Notes under the pieces: model-generated
The model's input: the letters and a program-made list of their open reading frames with translations, nothing else
Told to the model about the DNA's origin: nothing
Databases searched by the model: none
Program-made: the position numbers and the translations under genes
NCBI RefSeq assembly: GCF_004010195.1
Contig: NC_057745.1
Coordinates: 6,328,861 to 6,392,860 of the forward strand
Source: Chiloscyllium plagiosum
Taxonomy: Eukaryota
DNA: 64,000 nt
Direction: 5' to 3'
Shown here: one piece after another, positions 37,938 through 49,062 of the stretch
Layout: every line of letters starts with the position of its first letter
How positions within the stretch are numbered: the stretch's first letter is position 1

Positions 37938-40415
37938 GCTGACGTTTATTGGAATGGTACCCAGTTTTTGACAGGACTGAATCATTCAGACTGGAACTAT
38001 CAGTACCGACTGTGAAGCAGCCTGTCTGACGCTGAATACTGGTACTGCCACGTACCTTGTTGTACAGGTCAATACTGAATGTGATCCGACATCCTCCAGA
38101 ATGAAGATTTCCTCTTCTGAACTCTGGTTTAATACAAGTTATCAACCAATCACCATGAACAATACAGTAGCCTCCACAATCACTCTTTCTGTGTTACCCA
38201 CAAACTATCAAATTTACCCAATTCTAGCATTACAATGGGGTTTGAACATTCAATGCTTGGATTGTTTATCCACTATTCTAACCAGTAGACAATGAGAAAT
38301 TACCAAAAACCCATCAGCATTTGAGGGTTGGGGCAGGGGTGGCTGCACAGTTCAATACATTGAGAATTATGAAGCAATCAATGTAAGCGTTTAAATTAGA
38401 TTAACAGATTTGGGAGGGCATGGGAGTATATCAAGAGAAATGCACCTTATTTAGTGTGGGAACCCTGAACAAGGTAATAGGATCTTAAAATTATATCCAG
38501 GCCCTTTAGGAATCAGGAAACACTTTCAAAGGTGCGTGTATGGAATGAGCTGCCAGAGGAAATGGTGGAGGCTGGTAGTTACAGCATTTGAAAGGCATCT
38601 GGGTGGTAAGGTTTAGAGGGATATGGGTAAGTGCTGGCAAATGGGACTAGATTGGGTTTGGATATCTGGTTGGCATGGACCAGTTGGAGCGAAGGGTCTG
38701 TTTCCGTGCTGTACCTCTCTATGACTCTATAATAGAATTGTATCGGATAAGATCATCAAGCAAAATGGAGATGAATAAATAACGCAAGGATCGAGTGTAA
38801 TTTACTAAGTGGTGGTGGATCAGGTTCAACAGTTTAATGGCTACTTGCATTCCTATGTTCTGGAGCTGAATTTCACTTCTAAGATTTAAAATCAAGTCTA
38901 ATCTGAACTCACTTGCCTCAAAGGTTTCCTTTTCATTGGTTGTGTGTATGATAATGAAATTAATTTGGAGTTTAATCCAGTTACTAACTGGCAAGCGTAT
39001 ACATGAGGATTCTCCAAAGTGAGGTTTGCAAGCTGCACGTTTTGATGATCTTCAAGACACAAATGGCCAACATTCACCATCTGCCTGCTCTAATAGGTCT
39101 TTGCCCCCTCCCTCATCAAGGGGTCATGAAAGTTTTCAAGCTTGAAATTGGGTCACAGTAATAAAAAGCAGTAATAAAGTACTGACCCCTACTGGTAGAG
39201 ATCTAGTGTAACATCGAAGGACTAGTAATCCAGAGGTTGAGGCAAATCCTCTGGGGATACAAGTTGAAATCCCACTGTGATAGCTGGTGGAATTTCAATT
39301 CTGAAAATTTGTTTTGTGTCACTATTTCTGAAACTATCATTGATGGTCATGAAAAACTTTCTAGTTGTCTAATCTGCTTTAGAGAAGGAAAGCTGCTGTT
39401 CTAACGCCGCATGGTCTACATCAGAGTCCAAACTCAGAAATGTGATTGACTAAAGTTCCTATTTAAAAAGGCCAAGCAAGTCACTCAGTTCAAAGGCAAT
39501 TAGGGACGGGCAATAAATTTGGGCCTTGCCCACGATGTCTTGTGAAAGAATGATGCATAGCTATGCAGCACTTGAATCTACATTATCTGATATTCAATTG
39601 GAATGTTTTCCAGCATTGGCATGTTTCAACTCCACTAAGCAAAATGACTGACATTGGTATCACTGATGAGAACATGTTTTTCAGGTAGATCCCAAGAGAA
39701 AGACTAAGAGCTCTGATGGGTGGAGTTGACACTTGTAGAACCAACAACCTCTTACAGTTTCAAAGAAATTCTTAACTTCTAAAATCAACATAACTGTTTG
39801 AGGTGGCTGGTTTGATTTGTCATGAAATCAAATGGAGATCCTGCTCCAGTTCCATTGATTCTGGGAGTGCAAGAGTCAAAACTCATTAATCAGCACAGTT
39901 CTACCCAATCTTACTATATTTCAATCACCAGTCTCCCAGCTCAGTTCGACATCAAGCAGTTTATCACTGCCTGTTCCACATGGTTAATACTTGCCCTTCC
40001 CTCATTGCCTCCAACTCCTTGGCATAACCAATTAGCCCCAAGCTAAGGTAGCAGGAATTGCTATAGTCTCCAAATCAAGAGTAACAGGACACACTGATAT
40101 TCAAGACCTATGTCAGCTCTGGTGTAGACAAAAGACAACTAGATCACTCAATGACAAACTCACTCACTGTGAATACAATGAGGTTCCTTTGATAAACTAG
40201 CTATTCTTCTGGAAGGTTTTTGTACTACTATTAACCTCAAATTAAGACCCACAAGTTACACCTTTCTTCCCATACAGCATAGCTGTACCGAGTATGGCCC
40301 TGGTCTTCAAAGTTCTAATGAAAATCCAGAGATGAGGCAGGTGTAAGATGATATGCAATTAAAATCCAAATATCTGACAGGATAAGAAAGAGAATGACCA
40401 ATTGTTTGAAAATAA

Positions 40416-40421
40416 TTTATT
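40416..40421 (-). terminator. Candidate distal poly(A) signal of AEN
   Basis: First minus-strand AATAAA that I noticed downstream of the AEN stop, followed by a U-rich TTCTCTTTCTT tract. It would give a 3' UTR of about 3.3 kb. Nearer ATTAAA variants exist. Confidence 0.35.
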
Positions 40422-42969
40422 GTCCAACAGCCACATGACAGATTCTTCCAAAACAAACCAAATGTTTCAGCTTTCCAATCACGGGGTGAACAAGTTGCAA
40501 GTAGTGAACCACAAACATTTGGACTTAAGTCAGAAATTCTCTTGTCACAGAGTGATCAAGTTGTAATGAATTGCTATGAGGAATAACAAATTAATCATAT
40601 GAAACAAAACCCTGTTAAAGGGAATAATGGACAGTGCCTGCTCCCTTCTGGATGAGCCAAGGGCCTTCTTTATCATTAATGTTCAATTATTCATGAAAGG
40701 CAACTGTGAACACTTCCAATTGAGTTTACGTCCCAGCTCGGAAGTCACCAGCTCAATCAAGTATAGGATGCTGGAGTCCTGCAATCTCACGCAAGTGCCG
40801 CCTTCATAAATGTGGGAAGTTATCACTGAAGTATTCAACAGTGGAAAACTTCACCACTGTTTTTTTTGGGGCGGGGCAGGTCAGGGCAGGGTCAACATGG
40901 TGAATAGTCAAATAAGCACCAAAAGGGAATGATAACACTGGTTTGTTGATTCCAATGCACTTCCTAATCTAGTATTAGCATGTCAGAATTTGGTGCAATG
41001 CTGCACAGAGATTACCAATGAAACCAACAGAACACACCAAAAAAAAGCTTGCACCATGATGCAGTAAGCTGCAAAAAACACATGAGAATTTGTGTAGCTA
41101 TCAGAGCAACCAATAAGGCATGCAAACCACCGTAGAGGAGTGCTAGAAATTCTTAAAAATCAAACCACACAACTACAGCCAGGCATGGTATTAGCTCCAT
41201 CCTTCTGGATAATAAGCTGATATTAATTGTTTGGAGTAAATTCTAAACTGGTTTTGTAAGTCTTCAACCTAAAGAAACAACCTAAAAAATAAAGAGCAGA
41301 CTACACTACAATTAAGTTGAATGTTTAAAAAAAAATAAATTTCAATAGTGGATTTCATAACTCAGCAGGTCCCAAAATGCTTCACAACCAATGATGCACT
41401 TTTAAAATGCTGAAATGGAGGAAGTGTGCCAACTAGTTTCCGAAAGTAATCTAATCTAATCTAATACCAGCAGCAATGTGATAATGACCGGATCATTTGT
41501 TTGTAGATGATGGTTATGGACTACATATATAGTATTAGCCAGGGCACCAAAGGAATGTAGCATCATAGAACCGTGAAATCGCTGGGACAGGACTTTGCCC
41601 ACATTCACGTGACAGAAAGCTAACAGTGCTACCTGATGCATCATAGTCATCCCAAAGGAAGCTCTGCATTATCACATCTCTCAGCAATACTTTAAAACTC
41701 TTTACATTCAGGTAGTTATTTTGATAAACAATGGCGGCGTAGCGGCAAGCACTTTGAGCATAGGAAGAAGCTATGTGACAAAATGCCAGAAATGTGTTTC
41801 ATCTCTCCCCTATATTCCCCCACTGCTCCAAGTATCTTTTCTTCCCCACCACAAGATTTAATCAAGGTAGTGGATGAAACCCTACCCACCCCTCACCTAT
41901 TGTTCTTCAAATACTGCAATGGGATATTTAACATTCATCTGAGGAAATCAGGCCTCAGCTGAAGAGCTGCCTCTGAGCGCACGTGACTTTCTCAATAAGG
42001 TGTGTCACAATAAATGGGATAGCACAAGAAACAAAAGTGAGTCTGTGTAGGCCTTCATACTTTTCCATTTCTACGCCCCACAACCCCCCTCCACCCCCCA
42101 CCCAAGCAAGAGTCTTCACACACAACATTTGACCCCAAAAACTAGGAATGTTTACACAGCAGGAACTCAAGGCTGCAATGTTTCACACCAAAGTTTTCAG
42201 ACCACAAGTTTTTAAGTAGAATACTTCTGTAGATTCTTAGCGTTATTATTTGTGTTCGTTTTCACATATTTTGAAACCCTTTGCAGCCACAGATATGAGA
42301 CAGCAAAACTAGAACGTGGAATACATATGCCTGTGAACCTGTTGACAGTTGAGGGGAAATTAAATTCAAGGGAAAAGTTCAAAAGAACAAAATGGAGAAA
42401 CTGGGATTATAGAACTCCAGTGATGAGCTAATAACGAGCCAAGCGGTTTCTAGTTGACTGAAGTCCATCATTAATCGACAAAACAGTGGCATTAAAGTTC
42501 AATTACAAAAAAAGTACCAGGCAAATCCTATCTCCACTCCCTCCCAAAACTAGCAGATCTTCACCCATTGTGTGTTAATTTACCATTTACTGAAGTGACT
42601 GGTCCTGTACACTTACTGCTTTCTGCATCATGCTTTGCTGGTCTGAATTATACTGGTAAGACAGCCTCGAAGTAGACATTTTGTATAGAACTCCTCTCAT
42701 ATGAGATCATCAATGGGGAATGATACCCACAAACCACTGCCCCACTGATGTCACGGGGGAGGGGCAAACATTCTGCTCCATTTAACCTGCAATTCCCTTC
42801 AAAACAGACAGAGTGGAGAATAATGCCCTGGTGAAGGAGGAGTTTAGAAGACATACATTAAAAGTGGTAAATAAGGTATCATTCTGGGGAAATAAACGAG
42901 GCTTAAACTTATATAAAGTTAAAAATCACACAACACCAGGTTATAGTCCAACAGGTTTAATTGGAAGCA

Positions 42970-43004
42970 CACTAGCTTTCAGAGCGACGCTCCTTCATCA
43001 GGTG
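42970..43004 (-). ncRNA. Minimal type I hammerhead ribozyme motif (mirror copy, sense to AEN)
   Basis: Exact reverse complement of 43023-43057. Confidence 0.7.
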
Positions 43005-43022
43005 ATAGACCTGATGACCTAC

Positions 43023-43057
43023 CACCTGATGAAGGAGCGTCGCTCTGAAAGCTAGTG
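43023..43057 (+). ncRNA. Minimal type I hammerhead ribozyme motif
   Basis: CAC-CUGAUGA-A-GGAGC-GUC-GCUCU-GAAA-GCUA^-GUG: intact CUGANGA/GAAA core, stem II, 3-bp stem I, palindromic AGCU in place of stem III, and an NUH (CUA) site. Activity untested. Confidence 0.7.
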
Positions 43058-43738
43058 TGCTTCCAATTAAACCTGTTGGACTATAACCTGGTGTTGTGTG
43101 ATTTTTAACTTTGTACACACCAGTTCAACACCGGCATCTCTAAATTATAAACTTATATATAAATTCAAACAACAAGACAAGTGTAAAATAATTAGCAGCA
43201 TTGGCCTGATTGGATGGGGTAAAGTGAGGCTACAAAATGCAGGACTCCTCAATTGAGCCCCGATTATTGGCCTCAGGAATTATTTCAGGACAACATTCAG
43301 CATCCTGTTATCTTAGAACAATTTTATAGTCCCCTGCCATTTACATCTGAATGTTTATATAGGTCGCAGGTATGGAAGAACAAGACACAATGCAACATCC
43401 ATGCTCCTTTGTGTTTAGACACCTCAGGTGGTGAACCACACCATTTTGCATTGTATTGAGCCACACATTACAAAAAGATCTTATAAAGAACTCCAGACAT
43501 AGGCTGAATCAGTGGATCTCCATTTGTGACCATTAGCAACTGCATTTGATCAACTGCATTGGTAAAGATCACCAGGGTGGGGGAGAGCTAACCATGTGTG
43601 GCATTGGCTAGTAGCTGCAAAGACCTGAGAATAATGAAACCAAGGGATGGCACCCATGACCTCAAGTGTTTGGACTGCTGCAAGAGTCTTCATCTTTACT
43701 GGTGATTGCGAAAGCTGAAGAATGTATGTATGCTCAGA

Positions 43739-43942
43739 TCATTTACTGTCCTTGTGAAGATCAGTGGGCCAATATTGGTCATCCATGTATTGACTGATTT
43801 CAAAGTTTGTTTCAGAAGCCACTTGTTCATTTGCCACCGACAATTGATCGCACAGTTTTTGTTCCCATTGACTCTCCACTCGTTGATACAACTCCATTGA
43901 GGTGCAGGCATCCTCCACAGAACAGTGCCCATCGTTACCAAC
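43739..43942 (-). CDS. AEN: AEN last coding exon (Exo III and C-terminal tail)
   Basis: Translates VGNDGHCSVEDACTSMELY..VE.QWEQ...QYMDDQYWPTDL..*. The QYM.DQYWP tail is AEN-type and distinguishes it from ISG20 and ISG20L2. Total protein 392 aa. Confidence 0.92.
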   Translation of the reverse strand, partial: VGNDGHCSVEDACTSMELYQRVESQWEQKLCDQLSVANEQVASETNFEISQYMDDQYWPTDLHKDSK

Positions 43943-44929
43943 CTGCCACAACAAGAACAAATGACAGCAAATTAAGGAAAAAATTATTTCCCCAACTTCA
44001 TTCCTCCTAAAAGACCCGCCTCTGCCCCTAAAGTGCCAATTGATGGCGCATAGATCCACAAGTGCAAACAAAACCAACAACATACATTACCTTATCCAAG
44101 TGCTCAGTTCACATACATTAGGTTTGACAAGTGGCAACAGGCACTTCAATATAATCTTATACTGATCACACCAGTCACCCACACTCTACAGATGCCAGCG
44201 CCAGGTCTGAGAGGCCTTCTTGCCTGACACACAGGTTTTACTTTGATAAGAAAGTGAAACGCTGTTTGCAAAATTGCCCGGTATCAGGCAAACATCCTGC
44301 AGAATCACTTTGAAGAACCAGATTTGTTTCCTGGAGGCAGCTATTTGTCAACAAGGTGTAGATGAAAACAGGAACATTCATGGGTGAATGAAGCAGAACT
44401 CTCAATGGAGGGCAAAAATGCACACACATTATCAACATACTCTCTAGTTTTCTTTCTGGCTGTACAGGCTTCAGAAGTCTGTGCATGGCAGCAACCTCCT
44501 GAGCCCAAGTCAATGCCGCAATTGGATATTGTGGAACTTTGCAACTGCTGTGTGTGCGTGCAGCTTAGAGGGAACGTTACACGTTATGTAGAACCAGTAA
44601 GTTCCCCATGTGGTCTATGAGTAACACTAATCTCTGAGCCTGTAATGTGTGTTGAAGCCCCACTCTGGGATTAGAATGCAAAACCAAGGCAAAATTTCAG
44701 TACAGTAGCAGAGAGATAATCCATGTTGGAGGTGACTGAATTTTATTGACAGATTTGCAAGAGAAAAAGAGATGAGAAGTTAGAATGAAACCTTCTCTAG
44801 TTGAGGTGGAAGTACTGTCTGGAAATTGCACTCACCCAACTGCACTTCAACAATAACCCACTGAGGAGAGCATACTAAGATTTTACAAGCACAACCTAAA
44901 TGTAATGATTTTCTTGAGTCTTGACAAGA

Positions 44930-45340
44930 CCATACCTGGGGTTTTGGTCTCCTTAATTAAGGAAGGGCTACTCATCACACAAAGTGTGCAAGGTTCACAC
45001 TTGGAATTGTCCAAGGAGAGATTAGGAAGACTGGGCCTGTATTCCTTAGACGTTAGAAGAATGAGACGTGATCTAACTAAATCATACAAAATTCTTACAA
45101 GGTTTGACAGAGTAGATGCTGGAAGGATGTTTCCCCAAACTGTAGGGATCGAGAACAAGGGGCTGTTTCAGAAGAGGCAGGTAACTTAGGATACAAGCAG
45201 GAAGAATTTCTCCACTCGGGGGCGGTGCATCTTTAGAATTTTCTACCCCAAAGGCAGTGGAGAAATTCAGTTACAGTCATTGAGTACAGCCAAGTCAAAT
45301 CAATATAAACTTCCAAGACACCAAAGGATATGGAAATATT
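44930..45340 (+). mobile_element. CR1-type LINE fragment in an AEN intron
   Basis: ERLGRLGLYSL..RRMR.DL...YKIL..FDRVDAGRMFP. Confidence 0.75.
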
Positions 45341-45485
45341 GCAGAAAAACAGTGGCGAGGTAGAAAAGAGCCCAAGGTTTACCGCCACCTGAATGTTTCG
45401 TGTGTTCCAGCTCTGCTGCACTTTGTACTCCCACTTTCTGCAACTGAACTCCCAGAGTAAAAGAATAGTCAGTTCACATACTCAC

Positions 45486-45686
45486 CTGGATGCTTTTACC
45501 CAAAAGTAGCTTTGCCAGATTCTTCAGGGAAACGGATTCTCTTTCAGGAAAACCAGCCTTCCTCTTCAACAATGGGATTTTACTCGTGTCCCTTACCAGA
45601 GATTTTGGATGAAAATACTTCAGTGCTTTAAAGTCATTGTGCAATGCATGGCCCACCACAATTTTCCCCTTCAATATCTTCAAAAT
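45486..45686 (-). CDS. AEN: AEN coding exon 2 (Exo II)
   Basis: 201-nt phase-0 exon: [27 protein letters not shown]...RDT...[21 protein letters not shown]| acceptor and CAG|GTGAGT donor. Confidence 0.92.
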
Positions 45687-46304
45687 CTAAATTGAAGCAA
45701 AAATTTAACATGCTAATTAACTTTTGGAATTATTAACCCTACCTGCATTCCACCCCTAATCTGCATCATCCTAATTTGGATCTCATGACCCAGGACCAGA
45801 AGTAGGCCACTCAACCCAATTAGTCTGTTCCAATGAAATTATGGCAGATCTGATAATCCTCAACTCTGCTTTCCTGCCTTTTCCCCCATAACACTTGATT
45901 CACTACCCTTGGAAGAAATTCCTCCTGATTGGTCCTAAATGGATGGGCCCTTACTCAGTGATTATACACTCTGGTCCTGTACTCTCTCATATGGGGGAAA
46001 CAACCTCTCCACCTCTACCCCGTCAGGTCCCCTAAGTGTTTTGGGCACAAAACAGCTATTCCAGCATTGTCACTGGGTGAAAAAGCCTGGAATTCACTAT
46101 CTAATAACACTATAGGAGTCCTTTCATTGTAGAAATAACAGCAGATCAATGTGGAGGTTGATCTTCCCAAGAGAAGCAAGAGATGGAGAATATTTTGAGT
46201 GACATCGATGAGAATGAATTTACTTTTAACTTGTACCCATGCAGATATGTCTGTGCGACACTAACTTTCAACCACAATCTTCAGACCTGGGCAAACCTCG
46301 TGTT

Positions 46305-46629
46305 AGGAGAAAGTGAGGACTGCAGATGCTGGAGATCAGAGCTGAAAATGTGTTGCTGGAAAAGCGCAGCAGGTCAGGCAGCATCCAAGGAGCAGGAGAA
46401 TCGATATTTCAGGCATGAGCCCTTCTTCAGAAACGTCGAGCCCTTCTTCAGGCTCATGCCCGAAACGTCGATTCTCCTGCTCCTTGGATGCTGCCTGACC
46501 TGCTGCGCTTTTCCAGCAACACATTTCCAGCTCTGATCTCCAGTATCTGCAGTCCTTACTTTCTCCTAGAAGATTTTAACTTCCTGCGAATCCTCTTGCA
46601 AGGATGCCTTCCTTGAAGAAGCTCTCTTC
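46305..46629. mobile_element. Family A palindromic pLTR mini-element in an AEN intron, 13-bp TSD
   Basis: Near-perfect inverted arms of about 115 bp spanning 46305-46567, plus a 62-nt tail. TSD CAAACCTCGTGTT at 46292-46304 and 46630-46642. Confidence 0.85.
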
Positions 46630-47791
46630 CAAACCTCGTGTTGTCTAAAAAAGGCCCAGACCTAATTATGTCCTTATCCTTCACTGGAGTTATACTCCAA
46701 TCTCCGCCTCACTTATGAGGGAAGTCACAAAAATGACAAATGCAAAACCTCTCTAAACTTGCAGTGTTAAGGTTGTACTGATACCAAATATAATTTTTAA
46801 TGAGACAAGATTTATGGGAGCAATGTCTCTGCAGTTTGAGGATTGCTGGTTAGTCATAATGGAGCATGTTTATTGGTTAGTCTAAAATGGTTACCAAAGT
46901 CTGTCAATTCTGCAGTCTACCTTATTGAAACATTAAATCTGTTTCTTGCTCTCTCCTCGTGGATGCTGCCTGAGCTGGCAAGTTTTTACAACATCTTTGT
47001 TTTTATGTCATATTTTGACAATAACTTCAATTACATCAGGTAAGGTAGAACCCAACAGTACTTCTTGCAGATTATTCAAATTTAAATCATCTTTCAGAAT
47101 CCATGGGAAATTCTAATTCTCAAATGCTTTTCAAACATTTAATCCATTCCTCCTACCCCACAATATCTACAGTTAAAAACTATAATTACATAGACACAAA
47201 AAAATACAGCATGTACAGATTGTTCAAATAATACTTTTGAGACTGGTATTTACTTCCAGATATCAGTGAAATGGATATGTCTGCTTCCCACTGCAGGAAT
47301 TGCCCATCGTGGCCAGGACAGTGATTACATAAAACACATTAGGGAAAAAACACAGGGTGAGCAAGAGCAGTTCTGTGATCACTGCTCACTACTTCAGCTT
47401 TGATAACATGCCCCAGGAAACTGCAGGTCTGCAGACCCGACAATTTATAGTCAGAGCCTGCAAACAACATGACAATGAGTGGATGCTCTTGCACAATAAT
47501 TCTAGTCAAGGGATAAAAATTGGTCGAGACACTGTGGTCAAGTTGGTCAAAAAATGGTTCAAGACACACCACCTCTTCTGCAAAGTAGTGTTCTGAGATC
47601 CTTTGCACAAACCTCTTCCCATAAAACCAGACAGGGTCTCAGTATAATGTCTCATTTGAAAGGCAGGACCTCTTTCAGCGCTACATCAGGGATGTCAGCC
47701 CAGGGGTAATGACTGATGAACCCATTAATTCCAGACTTGGGGATAATAGGTATTAAGTGAATACAACATTCAAGATGGTTAATATACTCAC

Positions 47792-48565
47792 CTCCCTCTG
47801 AGCAACATCAAACTCAATTGCATTTGCCATATCGCGTTTTCGAATGCCACTCCAGCGGGTCCGGTAATCGATGATGGGTTCTTTGGGCTTCACATACTTG
47901 TCATAGATGACTTGGCCCTGATAGTTTACGATGCTACACCTAGCCATTTCATTAACACGCCCATAGGGGCCTGTTCCAACCATCTCGCAGTCGATTGCCA
48001 CATACTTGGCAGGATTACAGCAGATAGGTGATGAGCTTGTCTGGCATTGGAGTGCAGCTTGCGGCAAACTATAAGGGTCCTCAGGATTTAGCAGGTTAGT
48101 CCTTTCTACAGGACACGTTTTACTGCTCGGGTCCATGCACTTTGAAGAGCAAGTAGAGTGAACATCTCTCCTTTCAGCTTCAGGCCACAGATTGGAAGCA
48201 CCAATCAGATGGTAGTGATTTTCATTCACATCAGAACCACTTGTTCGCTTGGTGTCTCCAGACTGAAGCGTGTGGTTTGGATCACAGGTGGTCGGACAGC
48301 TTGTTTGGTCCAAAGGTCGTCGCTTCCTTTTCATCCGATCTTGCTTGAGGATCCCTTCCTTCTCCAGGAAAGCTTTTCTCTCCAGGAAGCGTGCATGCCT
48401 TCGGCTGAGCTTCTTCTTCCGCTTGGTCTGGCTATTGAGGTTCGGAGCCATAGGCGAGCAGCAGCTGAATTGGTTCAACCTGCAAGACCCAGGGAGTAGT
48501 CTAAAATCTGAGCCTTCAGAAGAGGGGATGGCGGAGTCTACACGCATGCTAACTATACTTGGCAT
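47792..48565 (-). CDS. AEN: Apoptosis-enhancing nuclease, first coding exon (basic N-terminal region and Exo I)
   Basis: ATG at 48565 with an in-frame TAA 6 nt upstream. Basic segment [26 protein letters not shown] resembles the AEN HQRF.ARKALL..QGLL region. Also [25 protein letters not shown]...[12 protein letters not shown]|GTGAGT donor; acceptor TTTTGCAG| at 48602-48603. Confidence 0.9.
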
Positions 48566-49062
48566 CCTTTAATCAGAGTCCAAATGGAGGCTTCGTGGAA
48601 TCTGCAAAATCAACATAAGTCGTTTTAATCAAGGGGAGAATCCTAGTAATAATAAGTTCCCCTGGTTTTGGAAGGAAATGGTCAGTGCAGAAGAAAGAAT
48701 CTCAGCACTGGCAAACTAAATATTCTTCATCATCACACTCTACCAGATAGCGATCTGGAGTTCATTAATTTATTGCTGACACTTTCACATAGTTATCAGT
48801 CAAGAATCTCAGGCTTCATTTGTGGATTTCAGCACATAGTCCACACTGACACATCACTGAGAGAGCTATGTAGTCAGAAATACCTCATTTCCCTCCCCCA
48901 CTGCCTTTTCAGATGAAAAGATCATGTTGCGTTATTTAAGAGCAGAAAACAGAAATAGACACACAACTTATTATCCCTCAACCAAGAAATAGTCATTTCT
49001 TCCAGCGATTACTATGCAGGAGGGGCTTGCACTCATACACTATGTTTTTAGAAATTCACAAC

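Larger units (their letters stand above)
42916..43147. mobile_element. Palindromic Penelope-pLTR-type mini-element (family B) with 12-bp TSD
   Basis: Perfect 90-bp inverted repeat (42915-43004 / 43023-43112), 18-nt spacer and 35-nt tail. TSD TAAACTTATATA at 42904-42915 and 43148-43159. Confidence 0.85.

Noticed and set aside
37792-38145. 117-aa ORF
   Set aside because: The C-terminal part is a CR1 3' end; the N-terminal part is unrecognised flanking sequence joined in frame, probably by chance.
43739-48565. ISG20L2 or REXO4 as the identity of the longer exonuclease
   Set aside because: The QYM.DQYWP tail, the H.RF..RKA.L...G.L motif and the position upstream of ISG20 fit AEN.
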